Assembly: GCA_000165425.1 (NCBI GenBank)
Contig: CT868673.1
Location: forward strand, 280,886-338,364
Length of the DNA: 57,479 nt
Direction of reading: 5' to 3'
Origin: Paramecium tetraurelia
Taxonomy: Eukaryota
This document shows, piece after piece, positions 14,128 to 27,900 of this stretch; the first letter of the stretch is position 1, and each line of letters opens with the position of its first letter. The notes beneath the pieces are model-generated. The model was not told the origin of the DNA and searched no databases. It saw only the letters and a list, made by a program, of their open reading frames with translations. The translations under genes and the position numbers were made by a program.

Positions 14128-15812
14128 TCATTGAAATTAGACTAAAAATTCCTCTGCATTATATATTTTATTTCCACCGTAAATTATCACTTTATTTATG
14201 CTTTTAGCAAAGTCACTCAACTCAGCATATTCATTATAACAAGCTCCTTCAGTAAAGCATACCAAAATGCCTTTGATAGTGGACAATAAACCGAATTCTA
14301 ATCTCTAAAATAGAATTGAGAATTACTGATATATTCTTAACTCTGGAATCATACATGGTCAAAATTGATTATAGTTCATCAATTTTCAATTCGTTTAAAA
14401 ATAGGTTTTCTAACATTTACACAATTGAAGACTTCTTTCCTAATATCAAAATAGGATTAAACATTTACTTTACAATAAGTAATTTTAAAAGTTTTTCAAT
14501 AGACCCTTTCCAGAATTAGGTATTTTGGATGTGATGGCAGCAAATAAGGATTTATATACGCTTTGTTATTTATTGTTTTAATTGGATGCTACTCTTTATT
14601 TAAAATTAGTAAGAATGTTCAAATATTTTTCATTTTTAATTTAAAACACCTATTCAAATTTTTTAAACTCTTATTAATTATAATTGTTTAATAACATTAG
14701 AATCAATAATCTGAGTTTATCGATTTTCCTTAGATTGCTCAAACTTGATTATCCTCTGATTGTGGATAATCATTGACAGTCACAGTTTCATTTTATAAGA
14801 TACTTTATCCCAATTGATAAAATTTATCCAGTGACTTTTATTTGGCAATTTAAGTCAATTGTTTGGCTAGATTAATGTGTGAGTCAACCATCTTTTTTTA
14901 TTGATTCATTTATGGTACTAAATCAATTGCATTGAGAGCACTTGAAATTTCTTGATTTTGTTATGACACCTATTAATATTGAGTGTTCCAATCATTTAAT
15001 TCATTATCAATTTTATCGATTGCATCAGGCAAAGCCATATTACAGGCTTAGAGCCATAAATTATCATATTAAGGAGAGAGATCATATACTTGATCCTCCA
15101 ATTTAACTTTATTGTATTTGATATTGAGAGTATCATGTAGCAATGCTCCATAGGTGTTTGAATGCATTATTAAAGTGTTTAGATCGATATCTCTGTCTGG
15201 TAATATGATAGCTAGCAGAGGGTAATCAGAATTGAATTCAAATTATTTGAGTTTTTCAATCAATTCTTTAGCAATTTGTTCAATTTTAGAATTCTTTTGG
15301 AAGAGAATCAACGGTTAGACTTTAAGAGCCATGATGATAGAAAACAATCCAGTTACAACTTGATTTTCTAGATTAAAGAAATTATGATTGAGAGCAACAA
15401 AGTCAAGATTGTGTTCGTATACTTTTTATATTTTTTAGACAGCCCCACTAATTTTGCTAAGTTCTTTGGCCATGTATTCTAGTAAAGTGTTTTCAACAGG
15501 AGATGAGAAATTAATGAACACTTCTGAATAAAGATCTCGATTAAAGTCTTCAACCAATTTTTCTATGCTAGCTTGTATTGGTTGTATGAAATAAAGTGCT
15601 GTGACTCCGTGTAATCTCTCTCGATTTTGGTCAAGATTGAAATGAAGAGTAATGCACATTTCTCTCAAATCTCCGACTCTGTAAATAGTGGACAATCTTT
15701 TTTCACAGTAGGAATCATAACAGAGTATTTTCCATGGAATTCTTATATCTGGCTTAAGGATTGGAGTCAAGGCATCTCTTTAGGCTTGAATAAGTGACGT
15801 GTTTATTTGCAT
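14128..15812 (-). CDS. SLY1: Sec1/Munc18 family protein Sly1 (SCFD1)
   Basis: WKILCYD, YRVGDLREMCITLHFNLDQNRERLHGVTALYFIQP, RDLYSEVFINFSSP, IILPDRDIDLNTLIMHSNTYGALLHD, IIYGGNKIYNAEEFL; at least 2 short introns. Confidence 0.88.
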
Positions 15813-15931
15813 TTATAATTAATTTATTATATATATATACAGACATTTATAATAATTATTCATTCAAATGATTACATGTTTGATTTGTACGTACTATGAG
15901 TGATGATATCTTTTTAATAGTGTGTGCGTAA

Positions 15932-17191
<1,260 letters not shown>

Positions 17192-17273
17192 GATTTATCA
17201 TCAATAATATAATCAATTTCCTAAAATGTCTACACAAAATAAATAACAATTCTTGATATTTTTATTAATAACT

Positions 17274-18226
17274 TCATTTTTTAAATTTAACACACTGTCC
17301 ATTCTCCAATTTTAGATCCTATTCCAATTATTTATTTCCTTAATCAGATTTCACAGTAAATAACTACTCATTTTTCACAAATTCAGGTTTCTCTAATTTT
17401 GATTTAATAAGAGCAACAAACAAATCCTTAGTCTCCTTTGTTGCATCAGGAAGTTCATAATGATATATTGCTTTTTGATTTATTTATGCTTATTGATATT
17501 ATTAGTTAATTATTTAATGTTTCTGGGGAATCTTAGGTTTTTATTATTGCTTTTAGACTTACTTCTATTATTAAATTTAGGGTTGGATTTTAGTGATTTC
17601 CTTAGGCTCTTCTTTTGGATATGGTTTTTGCGATTATTTAATATATTGTACATTTTATCTAAAATCCTATTTGAAGTCACTTAAATCAAAGTCATTTAGA
17701 TCATTAGTGTCTTCATTAGGAGAGATATCAACATAATCTCCATTCATATCAAAGAAGTAAAACTAGTAATTTAAAGATATAAATACTTGACCATCTTCAC
17801 ATTACAATTTCCATCCCAAAGGTTCGCCAGATTTATCATAATAGCATCCATTATTATCAAGAAAGTTGTAATCAGCATCCAATTTGGTAATATTTACTTT
17901 CTGTTAGTGTTTTCCCAACTTCGATGGATCTCTTTTGTAAGGAACAAAGAATCCATCTAAGTTGTAAAAGAAAGACCGACCATCAGGAAATTTCACAAAC
18001 CATCCCATAGGTTCAGCCAAACTATTATAATAACAATCCTTTTCATCAACCCAACTAATCATAGGATGAGATGTATATACCCATTATTGGCATCTAGAAT
18101 GAAGCTTGCTCCGTCTTATAATTTAAATGCAGGTTATCCATCAAGCTCTATTTCATAAAAGTTTTTAAATCTATCTGGGTCATGATCAGGCAATGTCTCT
18201 GTATCAATATCTGTAGGTATGATCAT
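17274..18226 (-). CDS. Unknown protein with two tandem aromatic/Gly-rich repeats, a Q/P/K-rich linker and a small C-terminal domain
   Basis: MIIPTDIDTETLPDHDPDRF...; repeats WVDEKDCYYNSLAEPMGWFVKFPDGRSFFYNLDGFFV and FLDNNGCYYDKSGEPLGWKLQCEDGQFYFFDMNGDYV; two clear short introns; TGA 17274-17276. Confidence 0.7.
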
Positions 18227-19707
18227 TATTGTTATTATTATTAATAAATATGCATATCATTTCTCACAATCATCTTATTGACATTCTCAATATCTATTCT
18301 TTCGTAATTTGAATCGCAATTGATGCTATACCATTTTCTCTCCTTCTTTCTTAATATCTCCCTGACAACTAATGGCGCCAATTAACCTCCATTCTCTCCA
18401 ATATCTCCTGAATTGTACTTAAAACCTATTTCCTCTTTCGGGAAGACTAAAGGAATGCAATCATCCACTTTTAATCTCTTATATATTGGATCCAATTCAA
18501 TGAGAGATCCCCCTAATTTCACACCAGTCTAATATAGAAAATCTGGAGTATTTTTCATAACACTTTGGTAGATTTTGAGTTTGTTGATATCAAATGTAAA
18601 TGATTTGGCAATATTAAGTGATTTCTTGTAGTATTTCAAAGCAGTCTCTATATTATCTTGTGCAATCTATTATCTCTCTTTTTAATAATACAAAAGATCT
18701 TTTTAATCTTTGATTTTATAAGCTAAGTTTTGTGCATCTTGAATTCCTGTGTTCATTCCAAATCCACCTGCTGGAGGCATTCCATGACATGCATCCCCAA
18801 CTAGAACACAATTATTCTTATAATATTACTCTGCATAGACAGCACCCATCCTCCAAAATCCCACTGACTTTATTTCGATATCATTTACTTAACTAAGTAA
18901 TGTTTTATTTATGAGATTTTTAATTAATACATGATCTTACTTTATGTGTTAGACTTCCTATATGTCAGTTTTACCAGTCAATAGATCTAAGGGTATTTGA
19001 ATAGCAAAGATGCCATCTTCAATTCTATGTTTGATTATGACTGCTGTAATATCAGAGTTATATATGAATGATAACATTGAGTTGTATTATTCAAGTCTAT
19101 TTACTAACTACTTGGATGTGAAATGAATATTTAAAAATCTTTAAAGATCTCGATTGCCTATCAATTTGATTTTCAGATAATCCCTAACAAAACCATTCAA
19201 TCCATCACATCCATATAGATAGTCACATGTTATATCATCATTAACTTTGATAATTTTATCCTTGAATTCAATTTTCTTAATTTCCTTATTTAATTAAATT
19301 TTATCTCTTATTCCCTCTTAGACATGTTAGACAAATAGACTTTATGGTAAATGAGCATAACTCGTGTAAGAATATTGTTTGTAATCTATTAATTAACGTG
19401 TACTATTCAATGGTTACTCTCCAATTCTACGCAAATAGACATAATTAGAAAAATGTTGGATATTTTCTAATGGTAATTGGATGTTTAATTCATCCAGAAT
19501 CTACATATCAACTAGAAAGTAGTACTTCCATTGTTCTCATATTGAGATAATGAGCTGAAGGATGTGCTGATAAAAAGGATTGCTTTTCGAATATTTGAAA
19601 AGGGATGTTAAATCTCTTAAAATAATGTCCTAAAATGAGACCAACTCTATAAAGTTTATAATGTATTACGGTCCAGCACCAACAATCAAATGAGGGATAT
19701 GCACCAT
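18223..19707 (-). CDS. FAD-dependent aromatic monooxygenase, CoqF-like (plant-type ubiquinone hydroxylase family)
   Basis: LIVGAGPVGL FAD motif, HPSAHYLNMRTMEI, YLYGCDGLNGFVR, GNRDLQRFLNIHFTSKQL, VLVGDACHGMPPAGGFGMNTGIQDAQNLAYK, IPLVFPKEEIGFKY, IVRNDMHI; 2 introns. The FAD monooxygenase call is firm; the CoqF subfamily call rests on recalled similarity. Confidence 0.88.
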
Positions 19708-19729
19708 GTTTATAATATATTATTAATAA

Positions 19730-20086
19730 TCATCTTTTTTTAAATCCGTATTTCTTTCTTTCATAAAACAAATCTGTTTTGGCAGATCCCAAATTCACTA
19801 TTTTCGGACACCCATCTCTATCCTTCTCTTGCTAAACGCATTCTCTACAGTAATAAGCATCTAAGAATTATAAATTACTAATACCACTAACTCCAACTCC
19901 TCCACATATGACACATCTGCCTTAAAAACTTCCATAATTGCATTCATCGCAGATTTTTACTAAAACACTAGGTCTGACGTATGAATCACATATCACGCAT
20001 TTACCATCGCATTTCTCGCATAATCTACCAATTGCAATACCTGGTTATTTACGACACATAATCAAATCGGGATGATGCTTTGCCAT
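19730..20086 (-). CDS. PHF5A: SF3b subunit PHF5A/Rds3
   Basis: [39 protein letters not shown]...[61 protein letters not shown]; one 24-nt intron. Confidence 0.99.
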
Positions 20087-20113
20087 TATTTATTAATATT
20101 TATGAGTATATAT

Positions 20114-21872
20114 TCATTTTTATGTAATCCAAATCTTTACCTTCTTATCTGCTGAACAACTAATCAAGTATGTACTGAATTGTAAATCGGTAATCTGATC
20201 ATTATGAGCATCTAATTCAATAAGTGATTCAATCAACACCGTAACTTTCCACTTCTAAATTTCTAATAATACATAAGTTAATTACTTCCTGACACATCCC
20301 CAGTATAAAATGTATCTAGTTCTTTCCCTTCAACTGAAGCTGTAAATGGACTTCTATGTTTTATGGTAGTAACCAATTGTAATGCACTATCCCAAAGTCT
20401 AATCACTCCATCAGTTCCTATTGTAATCACTCTGCTGTCATGCATAGGCATTATGCCCACTACTTCATTGTTACTTGATTGTATGACATTGTCAACATGA
20501 AACACATTCCCTAATTTCCATTAGTAGAGTCTTCCTCCCAAATCTGCTGAAAATAGTTTATTCTCAAATATGGCAAAACTACAACAATCATATTTATGCA
20601 TGTAAACTTGTGGAGTCAAATTGATAAATAAATATTCAATTGGTTAATCTGCTATTATTTGTTATTTCAATTTATAAACAATTAATTGAGTTTGAACTAA
20701 AATCAAGAATAGATCATTGATCAAACCAATCTTATTAATCACTCCAATATTAGGTGTTATAAACTCACCTTTGGGTATCCACATTATCCTTCCTTTTCTC
20801 ATACATCAATACTTGTGTCTAAGTTAACAAAGCCAAAAGACTTTAAGTAATTTCAACCACTTATTTAATATTTTAATTATTGCCCAATTGTTACATTAAT
20901 TTCAAACTAGGATACTCAAAAAAAGAAACTATTTTTGAACATGTGACTATTTATCCATTCTTCATTCTTATACAAGATATCACATAAGTTAAATGGTCAA
21001 TTACTCCATATAATTAAAAACTTTCTGTTTTCTCAAATTATAATTGAGTATTATCAAATTTAGTTGGTCTTGCAAGTAATGAGGTGTAATCAATTGATTA
21101 AATATACTCCTATTATTTATCTGGGTACAAACTGTCCACAAATTCTTAGTAGGTCCCATATGGCTTAGATGTGTGATACTCCTTTGGATTTGACAAATGA
21201 ATTGCACTCTAAAACAATCTATCCTCACTTGATTTAAGAGAATTCTCCAATTTCAATGCATTTTCTAACTTAATCTACTATTGATCTAATTAATACTAAT
21301 TTCCAATATAGAATAACCCATCTAAAACTGTTTTAACTTAATTAATTTATTCTCTCACTTTAGTAACTATTCTAATTTTATCCTTTTCATATTTATTAAT
21401 TACATCCTATGAGCCCTATTACAATATTGGCAATACTAATTATAATCCTTCTTCGTAAACCTTACCATCCTTCATCATTTCAATATGATCTATGATATTC
21501 TTTAATTATTTGCTATGTATCCATTGATTATCAATAAGCGATATTAATTTCTATTCCCTCTAATTAAGAATCTAATTCGTCTTATCTTTTAAGTATTAAA
21601 ATTCTTTTTTAATGTGTTAGATTATGTCTTCCTTGAAATAAATTCGTTTCAACCGTTCAACTTCTGATCTTGGTTAATACATATTAGTACCTTTGAAATT
21701 CGTATAACATCCTATCAACAAACTTGGAAAGGGGAGTTACATTTGTATCAACATGGCCAATATGTTATTAGTTGACACATGAATTACATGCTAACTTATA
21801 TTTGCAATCGAGTTTATTGCATATGTGAGTGGTTTGGGAATTATGCTAATAACAATTCATCAGATTGTGCAT
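20114..21872 (-). CDS. B-box-like zinc finger - coiled coil - WD40 repeat protein
   Basis: CYQH..HICNKLDC..ACNSCVNQQHIGH N-terminus; coiled coil; WD repeats (VITIGTDGVIRLWD, AHNDQITDLQFSTYLISCSADKKVKIW); TGA 20114-20116; several small introns. The start could be the second Met four codons in. Confidence 0.8.
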
Positions 21873-21901
21873 ATTAAATATTATTAATAATATATCGTTT
21901 T

Positions 21902-24900
21902 ATGAGAAAGAGATTTCATTTGAATAAATGGTACCATTCATTGTACTATTGTCTCCTGCTGATAAGTAAGAAAGATAATTCTATGTAATAGTCTCTTGGT
22001 ATAAGGTGTCCTACTTATCAATAGTAAATTGGATCTTCTATTGCATATTCACTTATTACTTGGGATACAAATGTAACATAAACTCATAATTATAATAGTT
22101 TTTAGTGAGGAAATACTAAAATAGTTCAAATTAGTAATGAAATGTCATCTTATAATATCATTAACAATTAGTGTATATTTTGTAATAGGATTGCTTCTTA
22201 GTTTATTAAATAGTGATATGCAATTGGTAATGATTGAAAGGTTGAATTTCAATAATGAAATATACATATTTGGATATGAGAGTGTATTTGCTTTAATATT
22301 ATGTTAATTATTACTTTATTTGGCGTTGGTAGTATTTTTATTGTTAATCTATTGGAATGCTCAGATGCCATAATATGAATACGTAGAATAGAATGAGAAT
22401 TACACATTCCAATAGAGAAAGACCAGTTATTTGAGATAATAGAGTATAATGGATAAGATAATAATGCTAATAATAGCTTAGTTGTGTTTGAATGATGGGT
22501 TGATCACTTTGTTTTTAGTGCTTTGCATGTTAGTGTGGTTGGCTATTCATTTTCATATTTTGAATAAAAGAAATCAATTTCGATATTGCTAAATAGTAAT
22601 AAAGAGTATCATAGTATGTTCATTTGTGGCATTGCTATTGTTGATTTTATCAGGCTAATAGAACTAAAGTTTCAGCACTTTAAATGGAACTCTGAACATT
22701 TATCGAATATTTAAGTTATTTGGCTTAGTGTTGATGACTTCCATATTAATATTGAGCATGAGAGCATACCATTATTAGTTGATAATAGGAGAGGAAGAAG
22801 AGATAGAAGAGCTAGAAAAGGAAATCTAGAAAGATATGAGATTGAAGATATCATCATTGGAGATATTCTTAGGTGAGAACTACTTTGGAGTTATTATGAT
22901 TTTGAGTGTTTTCTGGATATCAAAACAATTTAGTATATTGAGAGGACTAGTCTATTTAATTCTATTGGTTGGTTAATTAAAGAGGAAAAACTATAAAGCC
23001 ACAAGACGTTGGTAGTGTGCTATTGCCATATTGTACTTAGCATTTGCTCAATTTTTTTTATTGAAATTGTTTAATGTTCCATCTTTCAAAGTAAGTGTTT
23101 ACTTTTAGTATTTGGGAGTGTATGAGTAGCCTCAATTCAATCCAAATGAATTATTTGCCATTTGGAATTACTTCTACAATAGATTTCACATTATTATGAT
23201 TGACTTATTCTATATACTAATTGTAAGTTGGTTAGTCTACTCATAATAAACAATTGATGATAGGAGACGTTAGAAGAAGATTAATGATTTAGATAGTAAA
23301 GATCGTCCTAATAGAGAATAGAAGCCAAGTTGTTGGAGTAACTTCAAATCAAATTTATCGAGTTTCATCTTTCAAGTCTAAAAGAGCTTCTTAATCCACT
23401 TTGATGAAATAGTAATCATCTATTGTTTGATTACTGCCCTTAGTCATGCAGATATATTTAGAGGAGTCTTTTTGATATTCTTTATACTCTATGCTTTTGC
23501 TTAACTAGAAAAAAGAAGGAAGTATATGAGAAATCATTTAAGCATTGGTTATATCATATTGTTTGTATTGTACTCTATGTAATTGATGTTTTTGAGATCA
23601 TTAACAACTCTCAATTTCATATTTAAATTTGGTGGTTTGGATGAAGTGACTTAATAATTTAAATTCCCTTTCTATTTTATCTACAAATACTATGATATAA
23701 TTATTGGATGTGTCTTATTAACATTTTAAATTTAAGTGATCTAAAAGAGTGATCACTATTAAGAATATAAGAAGAAATTGGATGATTACAATCTTGATTA
23801 TTTAAGGTAAATATTGTAATCTAATGGATTGATATTCTGTTAGATCATTGCTTTGATTGTAGCCTTCATTCCACCTGCTAATTTACTGTCACTCATATTC
23901 ATCTTCTTTTTCTAATTGTTTCTCTATTTGTATTACATACATGGACAACTAAATATCATTATGGACAGATTATACTAATATTGGCCACTCATGATCACTC
24001 TAACATTGATAATTCTGATTGTCAGATACACATACACTATTAAATTCTTTTACTATTTTGTAGAATTGTACTTTTAATAACCAACTCTTTTAAGTGACTT
24101 CGGATTGGATCCAGATTTTAACACTCTGAAATTAGCAGGAACTGGTATTGCATTACTCGTTCTATGTGCATATAAGAGGGCTTATTTAGCACCATTAATA
24201 GAATAGTAGAAATAAGAAAAATAGATTTACAAAAAAGACACTCTTGTTTATTACATTTATTGCATCCATATCAAACTATGTGTCTACAGTGTTTATCACA
24301 TTCAAAAAGTGGCTTTCATGATTTCATTCTTCATTTCTGTTTACCAATAAAGTTACATAGGCTTTCTATTTGCCATCATGATTTTTTTAATAATGCTGAA
24401 TGAGATGAAAAACAATTGGTAAAATATATCCATTCCTATTTTGGTAATCATATTCATTTAGATCCTCATATAATATATATTCTAAGCAGAACTACTCAGA
24501 ACTGCTTAGGGTTAGGAAACTATCTCCTGGATTGGAATTGAGAACTAATATCAGAACAAATACTGGTATTTGCTCATTATGTTTCACCTCTCAGAAATGA
24601 TTTAGGTTCTGAATGTAATGTTTAAATAATAAGTAAATGATTATTTATAATTATTCCTAATATAAACAGATAGAGAAATCAATAACCTTAATTTGCTTTA
24701 AGACTTATTACATTCATTGTAATAAAATATCGTCTAAGAGTAAAATAGCATTGACTCAGAAGCCTCATAATAATAACAAGTAGAATTACAAGTAAGGGAT
24801 GATAAATCATAGGAATCTATATTTTATGATGAGTTGGACGAGTAAAATGAAAGGTTTGCAAAGATTTAAAGTTATTACATACTTAAATCAAATATGCAAC

Positions 24901-27900
24901 AGGAATAGTTTTATTATAGAGTCTATCCCTTTTATAGAGCACTGAAATTTCATTAGTCAGTTGATAATCTCTTTACCTAAATTGGATTGGAAGTCTGTTT
25001 ATTCTTTATTGTCATTACTGCCTATTATCAAAGGAATTTCTTTTCTGTTTTCTACATTGTAGTTGCTAGTGCATTTGCCAATAAATCACATTTATTAGAT
25101 AGACATTAGAAATTAGGTATTTTTGGATAAGCATGGGGAGCATTGTGTATATTATAAATGTTGGAAGTTATAAGAAAATATGCTACATTGTAATGGACTC
25201 CTCCATCATGGGATGTTCGAAAACCGTGGTGGTATTTTAGTTACTCTTGCGATCCTAGAGGAAAGGAGTCATTTAATAATGATGACCCAGATGATTCTAC
25301 TAGTGATTTCATGAAATGCCAAACAGATTGGAATTATTGGTTATCTTTATAAGGATATACTAATTGGGATTTGTGGATCAATTTCATTGCCTTACTCATC
25401 TCCTTGTGTTATTATCGACATTTCAAGACTGTTTAAAGAAGATAATAAGAATAGGAGATTCAAGATCACTTACATCCTGAGGTAGAATAGATTTAAGCCA
25501 ATTTGATGGATAAAAATGATTTCACTTATGAGGAAAACAGAACTAAAATCATGGATTTCATAAAGTTCTTTATCTTTTGTTATTTCTACAAATTCGCTTT
25601 GATTGTATTTTTGTTGATAGGAATGTCATCGGATATCCAATCTTATACAGAAGTGATCTCTTGTATCTATTTCTTTTTGGCAATCAATCTATTGTATATG
25701 AGTGAGAAATTAGAGAAGGACAGAAATGTAATTTGGGGCAAGTTAATATTATTTAATACAATTGTGATGATAGCAATGTCATTATATTAAGCTCCATTCG
25801 TCAAATGTCCAATCATCTATGAAAACGATAGGTATTATTATGATAATTTGGAATGTGTGCAGATTCAACTCAACAATCATTATTACAATAGTGATTTCTT
25901 TATCTTCTTATAGGATGAGTTTTAATTGTTGGCAAAACAAACCAATGATGTATTAAAGAAGTATGAAGGAGTGTCCACTTTAGATGTGATTTACATGTTC
26001 TTATCTCATCTCTTAGGTTTGAATAAAACTTTAGAGTATTAAATTTATTGTTAAAATTAGTTTCCGATTCGGTTTCTGTAAGGAGACTTTGATGGCATTC
26101 TTCTTTTTGCTTGGACTACTACAAAGGAATATTTGGGCACATCCTTATATGAAATAATATGTGGATCCATATTTGTAGAGACAATAATAATAGCAAAAGA
26201 TAAGTGCTATTTAACTAATAGAAGGAATACATTTAAAACGAATTTGGGATTTCAAGTACGTGCAAGCATAAAAGTAAGTGCATGAGAGTCTACAATAAAG
26301 AGTGTAAAATAGAGTTGAAAGATGGGATAATTTCTTTTAGTTTGATGATAATAACAGTTTGAAAAAGAAGAGTTTCTTTTATTTGACTCCGAGAAGAGAA
26401 GAATAATTTTAGATTATTTAATTTTCTGAGGAACGATCAGAGGATAATTAATAACATACAAGTTTTGATTCTGAGAAGTTTTAAGTGTTCAAAGGTGAAC
26501 CAAAGAAGTTGATGAAAGCTGAGAAGATTACATAATAAAATAAGGCGCCAGTAATACATTTGTATGATGCTTGTTGCATTGTTAAATATTCAATCAATGA
26601 AAAGGATTTGAGATTGAGATTAAAGAAGTTAATGTTATTAGAAGAAAAAAGATAATTGGAAAAGGTCTATTTGAATGATAGAATTGGATTAACTAATTAT
26701 CACATTGGAGTAATTGATGAAATTGATAGAAAAATCATTCAAGTTGACAATGAAATAGCTCAGTTATTTAAAGTACAACAATTGATAAAATCTACATCCA
26801 TGAGAGATATCAAAATGATACCATTTGAAGAATTCAAAGATGAACGCAAGTCTTTTGAAATTCTTAGTGAGAGAGATGAAAGACAAAAATAAATATCTGA
26901 AGAAGAAAGTGCTAAGGATTTTAAGAAGTCAGAAGATGATAAATCAGAAGATGAACCTCCAATTGTCTAGCCATAGAAATCATTCTCAGAAAAGGTCAAG
27001 GATCTTATCATCTATATACTCACCCATGAAACTTACATCAGAGAATAAGAGTAATAACAAAATGAAATAGACAAAAAGAAATTGTCAGTCTTGATATTTG
27101 TTTTTGTTGCGCATTACTTTTAAGTGGTTTGTGTATTATTGATGGTATTTAATGCTTGTTTCAATGCTAACATAATAGCTTTATTCTACCCTTTTTCAGC
27201 CTTCCTCTATGGGTTATTAGAGAATCCGGTTCCTTCTAAACGATACTGGAACTTCTTACTCATCTACACCATAATAATAATTTCATTGAAATTCATATAT
27301 TAGATGCCCATCTTTTGTGATTCACCTCCCTACACATTTATAGGATTCTCTTAAGAAGAAGCATGTGAACCTAGAGTAACAACTCAATAAGAGAAAATCA
27401 CAAGGATAGACTACGTTATTGGTATTCGAAAATATTAAGGAGCAGAAACCTTCATGAATGCCATTTGGATAGAATTACTATTATTTATAGCTCTCTTAAT
27501 CCAGAGGTATTTGTTGCAATCTTAGGGAATCTGGGATTACATGAAATTGTCATTAGATCAATATTTCATACCTTAATTCTAACAGTAAGTAGATGACAAA
27601 TCAAGTGAACACCAATAGGAATCTAGTTTGAAGGAATCTGAACAAGAAAGTGACGATTTCTCAGAAAATCATCAGGTTTAGGAGTAATAAAAAGAATAAT
27701 AGACGATTATGATATCTATTTAAGACACCTTTACATCTATGTGGAAGCAAATAGTCAAATACTATTATCGTTTATTCCCTCATGCTTTATCTACCATTTA
27801 CAATTAAAGGAAATATGACCCTGCAACTTAACAGATGATAATAAAAGATGGAGTCGTACTTCCAGAACAGATTAAAGTGGGTAGAGATTTCTATGCCCCG

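Noticed and set aside
17460..17684. Leu-rich hydrophobic plus-strand ORF resembling a membrane peptide
   Set aside because: Antisense of the Q/K-rich linker of the minus-strand gene 17274-18226.
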